Shown here: in pieces, positions 20,687 to 28,687 of the stretch
Layout: every line of letters starts with the position of its first letter
Position numbering within the stretch: the stretch's first letter is position 1
IMG/VR virus record: IMGVR_UViG_3300030329_003932
Location: 1-37,908 of that record
Direction: 5' to 3' (one strand)
Source: a virus
Taxonomy: Duplodnaviria > Caudoviricetes
DNA: 37,908 bases
Program-made: the position numbers and the translations under genes
The notes under the pieces: generated by a model
What the model saw: only the letters and a program-made list of their open reading frames with translations
The model's database searches: none
What the model was told of the DNA's origin: nothing

Positions 20687-21936
20687 TATCTTGCTGAGTC
20701 CGCGAGATGGTCTGGTCCTTTAGTGTCCAGGTCTTCGGGTCTACGAATGTCATGGACCAACATGGGAATAGTTTCGATGAACTTGTTGCAGGTTTTGAAT
20801 ATATGTAGCCGTGGCGGTTTTTCATCATCCCATTTTAAATACTCGCGCAGAAGGTTCCAACCTGATAACCTATCATTGTTTGCTTTTATTACATTTATAC
20901 CACCTTTTCTAAGGATATCAGCTATCGCCATATGACTACCAGCCTGTATATCTGACCTATTTGTATTTTGGGGATTTCGTATCCACATCGAGGGGTCACC
21001 CATTGTTGCGCGGTATGTTTCATCCTTTGATAAATGATTAATTGCATCAATATGGCCTGTTAACTCCATTTCAGAAACATAATATTCCCTATATAGATAC
21101 ACATTCTTTTTTGGGTCAACAGCAAACCAGGTTACAGCAAAGGGTGCTTTATACCCATAGTCAATGCCACGATAACGATACCAGTTACTTGGTATGTGAA
21201 AAGGTTCGCAAACATGAATGTCATAGCGCCATTGACTAAAATATTGTCCATAATACACATCCCAATCACCATCGAGCCAGGCTCTTCTTAATTCATCTGG
21301 GAGTCCTTTTAGCATTTCAAAATAACCTGGGTCTTCTCTCATTAATGTGGGGTTATCATGGATTTTACTGGGTATAAATATTCTGGTCCTATTTGTGACG
21401 GGGTCGTAATACGTTTTCTCTCTATCATTGTCTACAAAACGCTTTTTAAACCAACTATGCCCTGGACCACCAGGATTGCAAGTTAGAAATACTTGTGGCT
21501 CTAAACCTACCGTACTACGACAACTACTAATTAACTTTAAGTAATCCTCTTCATCTCCTATTAGAGTAGCTTCTTCTATACCCATTTTTTGATATTCGTG
21601 TCCCTGGTACTTCTGGTATGCCTGCTTGTCCATTAAGTGACCCGTTCTAATAATTGCACCTGTGGGAAAGCGGAATTCTGCTGGGTTACCAACCACTTCT
21701 ACGTCCAAATGCTTATACATTTGTGTGGCCCTATCAATATAATCCCGTAAATCATCATAGTTACGTCTAATGATTAGACCGCGGAATTGGGGATTATTTA
21801 AATATTCAGGGTCTACCATCCAGGCCATAAGGCAGCTACTTTTACCACCACCTCTACTTCCACCAAATGCTATCTCAAATTCACTTCTTGCCAAAGCAAA
21901 TGCTTGCCTTGGATGTGGCTCCCAATGTATTTGCAT
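20575..21936 (-). CDS. terL: Terminase large subunit
   Basis: Walker A GGSRGGGKS, Walker B-like GIEEAT, TCNPGG motif III, nuclease GIDYG and DHLADSARY. Confidence 0.95.
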   Translation of the reverse strand: MQIHWEPHPRQAFALARSEFEIAFGGSRGGGKSSCLMAWMVDPEYLNNPQFRGLIIRRNYDDLRDYIDRATQMYKHLDVEVVGNPAEFRFPTGAIIRTGHLMDKQAYQKYQGHEYQKMGIEEATLIGDEEDYLKLISSCRSTVGLEPQVFLTCNPGGPGHSWFKKRFVDNDREKTYYDPVTNRTRIFIPSKIHDNPTLMREDPGYFEMLKGLPDELRRAWLDGDWDVYYGQYFSQWRYDIHVCEPFHIPSNWYRYRGIDYGYKAPFAVTWFAVDPKKNVYLYREYYVSEMELTGHIDAINHLSKDETYRATMGDPSMWIRNPQNTNRSDIQAGSHMAIADILRKGGINVIKANNDRLSGWNLLREYLKWDDEKPPRLHIFKTCNKFIETIPMLVHDIRRPEDLDTKGPDHLADSARYCLMHIGNPKEEEAKPWIIKLMQKFEANKTDIPGLRG

Positions 21937-22178
21937 TATCTATTCTTAATACAGTTTTTTAATTGGGATGCCTCTTTGACCTTTTTACTCCAGGTAAAGT
22001 GCATAGGTGAATAATCTTCTATTTTTGCTATATGTGCGACCTTATCCATCGCCCTAGCTAAACACTCAGCTTCTTTGTTATCACCTATAGCAACTAAATT
22101 TGTTATATAGTTATTATTATGATTCATTGTAGTATATAATTCATAAATAGCTTTAGCTTGTTTTTCTGTTAATCTCAT
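21936..22178 (-). CDS. Hypothetical protein
   Basis: 80 aa, coupled to terL. Confidence 0.55.
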   Translation of the reverse strand: MRLTEKQAKAIYELYTTMNHNNNYITNLVAIGDNKEAECLARAMDKVAHIAKIEDYSPMHFTWSKKVKEASQLKNCIKNR

Positions 22179-22396
22179 TTATACCCCCAGTAAGTTTCTT
22201 TATTGAACTTGGATTGTTCATATTTAGTCATCTTTTTCCAGCACTTAGTTAATTTGTATACCCTAGTATCCCCCCCACTTGCTATACCACAAAAAAGTGT
22301 ATTTGTATCAGATTTTTTACGGGTGATTGGGTCCCATTTGGAATATGCAGCAAAGCCACAATTCTTACCTTCTATCTTTGGGCAAGGCTCAAACAA
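22175..22396 (-). CDS. Small Cys-containing hypothetical protein
   Basis: 73 aa with 4 Cys; ATGA overlap with the next gene. Confidence 0.55.
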   Translation of the reverse strand: MFEPCPKIEGKNCGFAAYSKWDPITRKKSDTNTLFCGIASGGDTRVYKLTKCWKKMTKYEQSKFNKETYWGYK

Positions 22397-22401
22397 TAAT
22401 T

Positions 22402-22548
22402 TTATTTACCCACCTGCTTCATTGCAGTCTTATGTGCTTCATCAAAGGTCATCCCCTTGTCCATAAGTGCCTTCATCAGGTTGATATGTTTAGCTGAATG
22501 ATGTTTAGCGTGTTTTTTTAACATCAATGCTTTTTGATATCTATTCAT
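22402..22548 (-). CDS. Small His/Lys-rich protein (48 aa)
   Basis: Hand-translated MNRYQKALMLKKHAKHHSAKHINLMKALMDKGMTFDEAHKTAMKQVGK with a GAGGT SD. Confidence 0.7.
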   Translation of the reverse strand: MNRYQKALMLKKHAKHHSAKHINLMKALMDKGMTFDEAHKTAMKQVGK

Positions 22549-22733
22549 GTTTTACCTCAAATTATTTTATTGCAATCTGTCTAGGAGTCACTATGGTATA
22601 GCACGAGGATGGGACCCGAGGAGTGGGATGCCCCCCTCGCGATAAAATAAGGTGATTGCACTCCTTATTATTGGCGAAAGGCCAAACGACTACCATAGGC
22701 TATTCAGGCTCCATATCATATGGTCATCCTGGG

Positions 22734-23156
22734 TCACTCGCTCTCTAAGCGTGCAGTCTCCGAGGGAGGGCCATCATCTGTTACCACATTGTTACCATTA
22801 GCACCAGAACCAGGGCCAGACTCGGACCCGTCACTCAGAATTTTTTGGCTCGCACTCTGCCCGTTTGTACTAACTATCTGTGGGTCCAGGGATACTTTCT
22901 CAGGCAGTACAATCACACCAGTTATCTGTCTTTGTTCCACTTCCAGGGTCTGCGCTTTTAAGTCTGGGACCATCTTTGGCAGTAGAATTCTCCAGGCAGA
23001 TACCTGTCTTTGGTCAGCATCATTCATAGCTACATCAAATAGCTTTTGCACTAGTTCATTCGCCTGGGGATGTGCTTTCACCAGGTCTTTTACTGATGTC
23101 TTTGGCCTACCTTTTGGGTTACCAGATACACCTTTTAACCATTGTCCTTTATTCAT
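22734..23156 (-). CDS. terS: Terminase small subunit (putative, DUF5681-like N-terminus)
   Basis: N-terminal W.KG.SGNPKGRPK motif; first gene of the late module upstream of terL. Confidence 0.7.
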   Translation of the reverse strand: MNKGQWLKGVSGNPKGRPKTSVKDLVKAHPQANELVQKLFDVAMNDADQRQVSAWRILLPKMVPDLKAQTLEVEQRQITGVIVLPEKVSLDPQIVSTNGQSASQKILSDGSESGPGSGANGNNVVTDDGPPSETARLESE

Positions 23157-23248
23157 TTTAGCCCTGTTTTTAGCCTGTTAAACTTTCTATCTTATATATA
23201 TAAGGTGTACCATCCAACCACATAATAATACTACATTGCATTATTTTC

Positions 23249-23277
23249 TTGCATATTAAGTGCTACGGTGCTACACT
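23249..23277 (+). promoter_or_regulatory. Sigma70-type promoter of the plus-strand operon
   Basis: TTGCAT (23249-54), 17 nt, TACACT (23272-77), with extended -10 TG; 29 nt before the ATG at 23307. Confidence 0.65.
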
Positions 23278-23295
23278 CTCACTCAATCAATAGAT

Positions 23296-23309
23296 AGGAC
23301 AGCAAAATG
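23296..23309 (+). promoter_or_regulatory. Shared RBS element, copy 1 (AGGACAGCAAAATG)
   Basis: The same motif precedes the ATGs at 23307, 24094, 24786 and 26293. Confidence 0.75.
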
Positions 23310-24077
23310 AACTTAATCAAATACATAAAAAAGACCCTTACTTCAGCAGTTGAGAAGGTGTACTCTTTCGAGATAGTAATATCCTTTTCTGGCGGTAAAG
23401 ATAGCTGTGCGATGCTCGCATACATTTGCGATAAGTATCCAAATGCTAAGAAACATATCGTATTCGCAGATACTGGATGGGAACATGAAGGTGTTGAAGA
23501 GTGGTGTCAGGAAATAGCATCCAGGTTCGGCCAGACAGTCAATATAGTCAAGTCAGATACTAAGGATTTTTTCAGCATGGTTGAGTCCAGGGGAATGTTT
23601 CCTGGTGCGAAGTATCGCCAATGCACAAGTGACCTCAAGCGTGGTCCTATCCAGAAATGGATTAGAAATAACTGTGGTCCTAAAGTTGTCCAGGCAATTG
23701 GTATCAGGGCAGAAGAGTCAAGCGCTAGGTCCAAACAGAAACCATTAAAGAGGAACAAATCTCTCACTAATTCCAAGCGCACAGTATATGACTGGTTCCC
23801 AATATTTGACTGGACCGAGGAAGAGGTCAAACAGTACCTGGCTGACAGAAATATACCTCTTCACCCAGTATATGAATACCTACCAAGATTCAGTTGCCAG
23901 GTATGCATTTTTAACACTCCAAAAGAATTGAATGCCATCAGGCATCACAATCCAACAGCCTTCAAAAAGATTGCTGATTTGGAAAAGAAAATTGGGTTCA
24001 CAATGAATCCAAAAGGGTCAATAACTGAACTAGCAGATTCAGCAAGACCATCACGAACAATCAACATAAGTTGGTAA
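23307..24077 (+). CDS. PAPS reductase / DndC-SspD superfamily (PP-loop) protein
   Basis: SFSGGKDS PP-loop, DTGWE, RQCTSDLK, GIRAEES..R, PIFDWT, HPVY..RFSCQVC. Confidence 0.9.
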   Translation: MNLIKYIKKTLTSAVEKVYSFEIVISFSGGKDSCAMLAYICDKYPNAKKHIVFADTGWEHEGVEEWCQEIASRFGQTVNIVKSDTKDFFSMVESRGMFPGAKYRQCTSDLKRGPIQKWIRNNCGPKVVQAIGIRAEESSARSKQKPLKRNKSLTNSKRTVYDWFPIFDWTEEEVKQYLADRNIPLHPVYEYLPRFSCQVCIFNTPKELNAIRHHNPTAFKKIADLEKKIGFTMNPKGSITELADSARPSRTINISW

Positions 24078-24088
24078 AAGGACAGCAA
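24077..24088 (+). promoter_or_regulatory. Shared RBS element, copy 2 (AAAGGACAGCAA)
   Basis: Ends 5 nt upstream of the ATG at 24094. Confidence 0.75.
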
Positions 24089-24093
24089 TAACC

Positions 24094-24699
24094 ATGAATA
24101 AATTCACTCGATTCAATCATACAGTATCAGCGCAGGCCGTGCATAGGGTCATCCATCATCTAATAGATGATATTGCCTATACCTGGCTTCAGGATAACTG
24201 GAAGCAGAAGAAAGACGGCACATTTCACAAGACCGTTAACACCTCACTTAACTCATACATAGAATCAATAATTGTAGATGTTGAGAAGGAAATCTTCACA
24301 AACTATGGTAAGCAAATCAAAATCCGTGTTTGGCAAGACCATCATTCTGTACAAAGGGAAGTCAAGGATTATAAGCATCTAAAACCACATAATGACCCTT
24401 CCAAGGTAGTATTCTTTGTTGATGCAACATACAGAGTAGTAGATACATCTGGCGAGAATAGTCATTCTGTTGGCTATGTGGAGAGTAATCTATATGTCTA
24501 CAAACACGCTCCTGAGTTTGATAAGGATAGAATACCAGTACTAAAGCAAGCCTGGAAGGATACTTATCCAATAAGGCAACCTGATGAAGTGCAAGAAACA
24601 CTATTGAAACAAGCAGAGATAGAATTGCAGATTAATGCCCTCACAGAAGAAAAACGTAATATCTCCAGGGAGTTTGGATATACATATTTAGAAAAGTAA
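24094..24699 (+). CDS. Hypothetical protein (201 aa)
   Basis: ORF track; preceded by the shared RBS element. Confidence 0.75.
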   Translation: MNKFTRFNHTVSAQAVHRVIHHLIDDIAYTWLQDNWKQKKDGTFHKTVNTSLNSYIESIIVDVEKEIFTNYGKQIKIRVWQDHHSVQREVKDYKHLKPHNDPSKVVFFVDATYRVVDTSGENSHSVGYVESNLYVYKHAPEFDKDRIPVLKQAWKDTYPIRQPDEVQETLLKQAEIELQINALTEEKRNISREFGYTYLEK

Positions 24700-24702
24700 T
24701 AA

Positions 24703-24762
24703 TCCATACTGATGATGCCCCAGGTGGTCCCTGGGGCGAAACCCCAGGGTCTATGGAAACCA
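24703..24762 (+). ncRNA. Type I hammerhead ribozyme
   Basis: Stem I TCCATA/TATGGA; core CTGATGA plus one extra T; stem II GCCCCAGG/CCTGGGGC with loop TGGTC; GAAA; short stem III ACC/GGT; cleavage triplet GTC (cut after 24751); possible loop II TGGT:ACCA (24759-62) pseudoknot. Intergenic. Confidence 0.88.
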
Positions 24763-24772
24763 AAAATAAAAT

Positions 24773-24788
24773 AAAGGACAGCAAAATG
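24773..24788 (+). promoter_or_regulatory. Shared RBS element, copy 3 (AAAGGACAGCAAAATG)
   Basis: Defines the likely true start at 24786 rather than 24753. Confidence 0.75.
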
Positions 24789-25133
24789 AAAGTAAAAGAC
24801 CTAATTAATAAGCTACTGAAATTCAATCCAGAGTTGCCAGTATTTGGATTTATACCAGATGATGGTCCATATCCAATCGAGGTAGATAATTGCCTTGAGG
24901 ATAGGGTCGATATAAACCTAGTGATTGATGACGAAACTCGTAAGCCAATAACAATACAACAAATCATCGAATACTTTGAAATCGATTTAGATAACTGCTA
25001 TCTGGACCAACGTGATTTCTGCAAAGAGATATATAAATTGATTTTAAACCCAGAAAAAGAAATTAGTAACTGGGAAAGTAAAATCGAGGAGTACTACAAA
25101 GAAAGGGATGTTAATCCTTGGGGAGAAGGGTAA
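24786..25133 (+). CDS. Hypothetical acidic protein (MKVKDLINKL..., 115 aa)
   Basis: Start reassigned to the ATG following the shared RBS element; its TAA overlaps the integrase ATG (TAATG). Confidence 0.75.
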   Translation: MKVKDLINKLLKFNPELPVFGFIPDDGPYPIEVDNCLEDRVDINLVIDDETRKPITIQQIIEYFEIDLDNCYLDQRDFCKEIYKLILNPEKEISNWESKIEEYYKERDVNPWGEG

Positions 25134-26290
25134 TGCAATCAATAAAAAAACCGAATCTAACAAACCTAAAAAGGACCAGTAAGGATGGTACTTCTTACAT
25201 TACCTACATTTATAGGTATGTAGTGAAGGTATCAGGAAGGTCCATTAGAAAGTTCATCACCTTGGGTACATCCAGGGATTTGAATAGGACCCAGGTATTA
25301 GGACTTTACAAGCAGGCCCAGGTAATTGCCTGGAATGAAAAGTTAGGACTGGTACAACCTGAACAAACCAATAAGGATGAACAGCAACCTATCTTACTTT
25401 GCGAGGTATTCGATGAATGGGTGGCCCATGAAAAGAATAGGTCCAGAACCTGGTTACGGGATATTCATAATCTGAAACACTTCGTACTATTCTTTGGTAA
25501 GGAAGGCGATTGGAAAAAGAATAGGGTCACCAGTAATTGCAAGATTGACCTGGCTAAACTTAGCGCCAAAGATATCAATGCATTTTACGATGACCAATAC
25601 GAGCAAGGGTACAAAACTGAAACCGTATCTAAGCGCAACAACTACCTGAATCCACTTTATACCTGGTTGACCAATGAAGGTATCCTAAAGGATAACTACT
25701 ATGCCAGGAAGGGTAAATTAAAGGAAGTTGGGACCGATAAAACACCTTACCAGGTATTGACCAGGGACCAGGCGGAAAGCATTGTAGCAAATGCACCATC
25801 TAGTTTCTTGAAAACATTCTGGTCCATTATGCTTGATACAGCATTATCACCAATTGATGCACTTAAACTCAATAAGAAAAATGACCTGACCGTTGGTACA
25901 AATAACGATGGTGAGAAGGTTAGCTGTATCGTTACTTGCAGGAAGAAGACTGGTAAGTTCAGCGCAATAGCAATCAGTTGGGAATTAAAACAGTTAGGTG
26001 ATGATATTTGGACCCTAGAAGGCGCTAAAACTGAGATAGATGATAGTAATGACGAATTCAAGAAAGTGTGTAGGAAACTGGGCATCAAGCAAGAGAAGGG
26101 TGAGAAGTTAAGCCAGTATTGTTTCAGGCATTCTTTAGCAACTCACCTGGTAAACCAGGGATGGGAATTGGACCAGGTACAAAGGGCATTAGGCCATACA
26201 CTAGGTTCAAAAGTAACCCAAGGCTATATCGCAAATCAGATAGCCAACGAAGTAACCAAACAACAACAAGTAACCAAAAGGACGGCATAA
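25133..26290 (+). CDS. int: Tyrosine integrase with Ser at the first catalytic Arg position (IntDOT-like)
   Basis: Core-binding region (L..KDINAF..T.SKR..L), TALSPID, RKKT, YCFRHS, LGH, TQGY. Likely start ATG 25133. Confidence 0.88.
   Translation: MQSIKKPNLTNLKRTSKDGTSYITYIYRYVVKVSGRSIRKFITLGTSRDLNRTQVLGLYKQAQVIAWNEKLGLVQPEQTNKDEQQPILLCEVFDEWVAHEKNRSRTWLRDIHNLKHFVLFFGKEGDWKKNRVTSNCKIDLAKLSAKDINAFYDDQYEQGYKTETVSKRNNYLNPLYTWLTNEGILKDNYYARKGKLKEVGTDKTPYQVLTRDQAESIVANAPSSFLKTFWSIMLDTALSPIDALKLNKKNDLTVGTNNDGEKVSCIVTCRKKTGKFSAIAISWELKQLGDDIWTLEGAKTEIDDSNDEFKKVCRKLGIKQEKGEKLSQYCFRHSLATHLVNQGWELDQVQRALGHTLGSKVTQGYIANQIANEVTKQQQVTKRTA
26277..26287 (+). promoter_or_regulatory. Shared RBS element, copy 4 (AAAGGACGGCA)
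   Basis: One A>G change relative to the other copies; ends 5 nt upstream of the ATG at 26293. Confidence 0.6.
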
Positions 26291-26292
26291 CA

Positions 26293-26526
26293 ATGGTAGT
26301 AAAAGCACAAATCAAAGGTAGTAAAACAATCAGAATCTATGCACCTAGCATAGAGTCAAAGTGGAATGCATTTCATATTCATGCAAAGGCCCTGGGGAAA
26401 CAACCAGGGCATCTCTTGGGTGAGATATTTGAAAAGTATTTCACAGACAATCTAAGAGAGATATCACAAGATTGTCAAAATCATGTCAATGCAGAACTAA
26501 TACCAGAGGTTAGCAATGAACAATAA
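26293..26526 (+). CDS. Small DNA-binding protein, possibly ribbon-helix-helix (77 aa)
   Basis: True start likely MVVKAQ; KTIRIY strand followed by WNAF..AKALG and LLGEIFEKY helices. Confidence 0.55.
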   Translation: MVVKAQIKGSKTIRIYAPSIESKWNAFHIHAKALGKQPGHLLGEIFEKYFTDNLREISQDCQNHVNAELIPEVSNEQ

Positions 26527-26683
26527 AAAACCAGATAAGCATGATAGACATAGCTTAGTGAAGGGTGTATTGTATTTAATAAGGGATGTTTTTTTCTATA
26601 GAGAACTTGAGGAAATAAAGCAGTTCCTAGATGAGGTAATGGAAGACAAAAGAAATACTGGACACGATAAACATCCTTATTGA
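26516..26683 (+). CDS. Small hypothetical protein (55 aa)
   Basis: Hand-translated MNNKKPDKHDRHSLVKGVLYLIRDVFFYRELEEIKQFLDEVMEDKRNTGHDKHPY; GAGGT SD; ends before the terminator. Confidence 0.6.
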   Translation: MNNKKPDKHDRHSLVKGVLYLIRDVFFYRELEEIKQFLDEVMEDKRNTGHDKHPY

Positions 26684-26700
26684 TACAACCAGGTAAAGGA

Positions 26701-26728
26701 AAGGCTCCAGGAATGGGGCCTTTTTTTT
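26701..26728 (+). terminator. Rho-independent terminator of the plus-strand operon
   Basis: AAGGCTCCA-GGAA-TGGGGCCTT followed by a T run, at the convergence with the minus-strand operon. Confidence 0.85.
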
Positions 26729-26835
26729 ATCTCCTACCTAGCATTCCTTTATTGGACCAACCTTTACAGATACGTTTTCTTTTTAATGGATGTTTCAATG
26801 GTCCTGGACCATCACCAAACCAATCAATTCTTTTC

Positions 26836-27303
26836 TTATTCTTCTTCCTGGTTACTTTCATATTCTTTCTGTTCTTGTTCTCTTCTTTTTCTTGCTATCT
26901 CAAAAATCATTTCTACTTCAACTGGCACTTCCTTGCCCTGGGTTAAAAAGGTCCGAATGTTGCATAGAAGTCTGGTCCATTCTTCTGACTGGTCCAAATT
27001 TCCATAGGTGCATTCCAGGGTATGGGACAAAGATTCCAATTGCATCAATAATGCGACTGCATCCTGGGTCATAAGTTTTAATTGTTCATCGTACATACCC
27101 TTTATACTGTCCATTCTTTTTTTTCTTACAAGTTCTCTAGATTCCTCATCCTGGTCTGTGGTCATCATCAAGTATTCAGCACCACATTCATTACAAGCCA
27201 GGTTGCTAACAATCCCATCACCATCCATTCCGTGGTCCTCATAGGTATGGTCCCCACCCCATATGACATTTTCCCCACATCTAAAACAATATAGATTGTT
27301 CAT
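26836..27303 (-). CDS. Hypothetical protein with N-terminal Zn ribbon
   Basis: CFRC...CNEC followed by a helical region. Confidence 0.6.
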   Translation of the reverse strand: MNNLYCFRCGENVIWGGDHTYEDHGMDGDGIVSNLACNECGAEYLMMTTDQDEESRELVRKKRMDSIKGMYDEQLKLMTQDAVALLMQLESLSHTLECTYGNLDQSEEWTRLLCNIRTFLTQGKEVPVEVEMIFEIARKRREQEQKEYESNQEEE

Positions 27304-27446
27304 TTAAAATCCTTCAGTAGTTGATAGATAAAAAAGAGGACCAGTAAGGCCAGGGAAAAACATAGTAAGCCAATCCCAAATAGAAACATCCCACCTGAGA
27401 GAACACATATATCCAATAACCAGTTCGGTATCTCGTATAACATCAT
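27300..27446 (-). CDS. Small membrane protein (48 aa)
   Basis: Hand-translated MMLYEIPNWLLDICVLSGGMFLFGIGLLCFSLALLVLFFIYQLLKDFK; ATGA overlaps at both ends; AGGAG SD. Confidence 0.6.
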   Translation of the reverse strand: MMLYEIPNWLLDICVLSGGMFLFGIGLLCFSLALLVLFFIYQLLKDFK

Positions 27447-27580
27447 AATATCTTTCTCCTGGTATCGTTTCGTTTTTGGACCCTTTTATATCTCTCCCAG
27501 TCTTCATATAGAACAAGGGACAAAAGGACCAGGAACAGCATGAATACAGCGCCAATAACGAACCAGGTAAGGCTAACCAT
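27443..27580 (-). CDS. Small membrane protein (45 aa)
   Basis: Hand-translated MVSLTWFVIGAVFMLFLVLLSLVLYEDWERYKRVQKRNDTRRKIL; GAGGT SD; one TM helix plus a basic tail. Confidence 0.6.
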   Translation of the reverse strand: MVSLTWFVIGAVFMLFLVLLSLVLYEDWERYKRVQKRNDTRRKIL

Positions 27581-27983
27581 TATCTGCACCTCTTTTTTTA
27601 GCAAGCAAAGACATGGTTTCTTTATTAATCACCTTTGGGTCTTCAGCACATATCACAACGTGTGGTGTATCATCCCGTTCATTTATACAAGCATAAGTGA
27701 GTTCCAGGTATTGGATGAGGTCCATTATTCTAGAACTGATATCTTCCTCACTATACGACTTACCAGTCTTAATATAGTTCACAATACTAGAATAATGTTT
27801 TTGCATGAATACACCTAACACCTGGATAGGTTCTAATTCCAATGATGTTGCTGTGGCCTTGAAGTTTGCAAGGACATCCTCATCTCCCCTGGATTCTGTA
27901 TATTCTATTCTTTTTTGTTGTGCCTGCTTATCTCCCGTGGACCTAAATGCCGTAATTAAGGCATCGTATTCTTCTATCTTCAT
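27573..27983 (-). CDS. All-alpha NTP pyrophosphohydrolase-like (MazG superfamily / DUF1599-like) protein
   Basis: KRIEY..D.LANF..KH..I..RIMDLIQYL pattern. Confidence 0.55.
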   Translation of the reverse strand: MKIEEYDALITAFRSTGDKQAQQKRIEYTESRGDEDVLANFKATATSLELEPIQVLGVFMQKHYSSIVNYIKTGKSYSEEDISSRIMDLIQYLELTYACINERDDTPHVVICAEDPKVINKETMSLLAKKRGADNG

Positions 27984-28117
27984 TCTGACATCCTTTTATC
28001 TAGTTCAAGTTGTATTCGTTTTACTAATAAGAAGTAGAGTACCACATCCACAGCGCAATGGAATAGCACATCAAATGCCTGGGTCTGTATCACTTCAATA
28101 AAATAATAGTATGCCAT
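27980..28117 (-). CDS. Small hypothetical protein (hydrophobic)
   Basis: Likely start MAYYYFIE after a GGAGGT SD; ATGA overlap with the next gene. Confidence 0.5.
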   Translation of the reverse strand: MAYYYFIEVIQTQAFDVLFHCAVDVVLYFLLVKRIQLELDKRMSE

Positions 28118-28118
28118 G

Positions 28119-28280
28119 TTAGTACCTCCTATTTGCAATGTATTCAGTATGAAGTTCCTTGAGTCTATTGTGAGCAGGTCCACCTATTTGTATCCTACCC
28201 TCATTCAATAATTTTTTATAGTAATTGATTTTCCCTAGCGGACTCATAAACTTCTGTTTATGGGTGATTTGTTCTTTCAT
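28119..28280 (-). CDS. Small hypothetical protein
   Basis: Likely start MKEQITHKQK, coupled to the upstream stop; GGAG SD. Confidence 0.5.
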   Translation of the reverse strand: MKEQITHKQKFMSPLGKINYYKKLLNEGRIQIGGPAHNRLKELHTEYIANRRY

Positions 28281-28687
28281 TATAATATCTCCGAATATTC
28301 GTAAAACCACTTTCGGTCTACGCTACTTTGATTATTCTTTGCTCTTTTTAAAGCCAGGCTAATATTCTTTTCCCCACTATATGGATAGTAGGCAATCAGG
28401 TTATCATGCCAGAGATAAATCGCAACGTAGTCTATATGGTCATTTTTTTTATGGTCTCTCATCCGTACCTCTACAGATGATTTAGTTTTGTAAACTCCAA
28501 CGGTCTTGACCTGAATTCTTTTAAAATGATTATTCAGGAATACAACCAGGTCAGTATTAACCTGGTCCGTGACTGGAGTAAACACTTCGCAGTCCTGCCT
28601 TAGTAAATCAGCGATGATATAATGCTCACCACTAATTCCCATTGTCATCGTACTTAATTCTTTTTCTTGTTTTTGCATCTTGGGCAA
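28280..28687 (-). CDS. PD-(D/E)XK endonuclease-like protein (start uncertain)
   Basis: GEH..ADLL, VFTP..D..DLVV, RIQVKT motif of the PDDEXK_5 type. Confidence 0.7.
   Translation of the reverse strand: MPKMQKQEKELSTMTMGISGEHYIIADLLRQDCEVFTPVTDQVNTDLVVFLNNHFKRIQVKTVGVYKTKSSVEVRMRDHKKNDHIDYVAIYLWHDNLIAYYPYSGEKNISLALKRAKNNQSSVDRKWFYEYSEIL

Noticed and set aside
3260-21239. Numerous short plus-strand ORFs across the structural module
   Set aside because: They are antisense shadows of long minus-strand genes, with no recognisable motifs.
24753-24785. ORF start at 24753
   Set aside because: That ATG lies in hammerhead stem I with no SD; ATG 24786 follows the shared RBS element.
26119-26292. N-terminal extension of the 135-aa ORF
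   Set aside because: It overlaps the integrase catalytic region; ATG 26293 has the RBS element.
26727-26861. 44-aa basic minus-strand ORF (MKVTRKKNKK...)
   Set aside because: Plausible but short, overlaps the upstream gene, and has no supporting motif.
27304-27555. 83-aa ORF from the track
   Set aside because: The same DNA is better explained by two coupled membrane microproteins in other frames.
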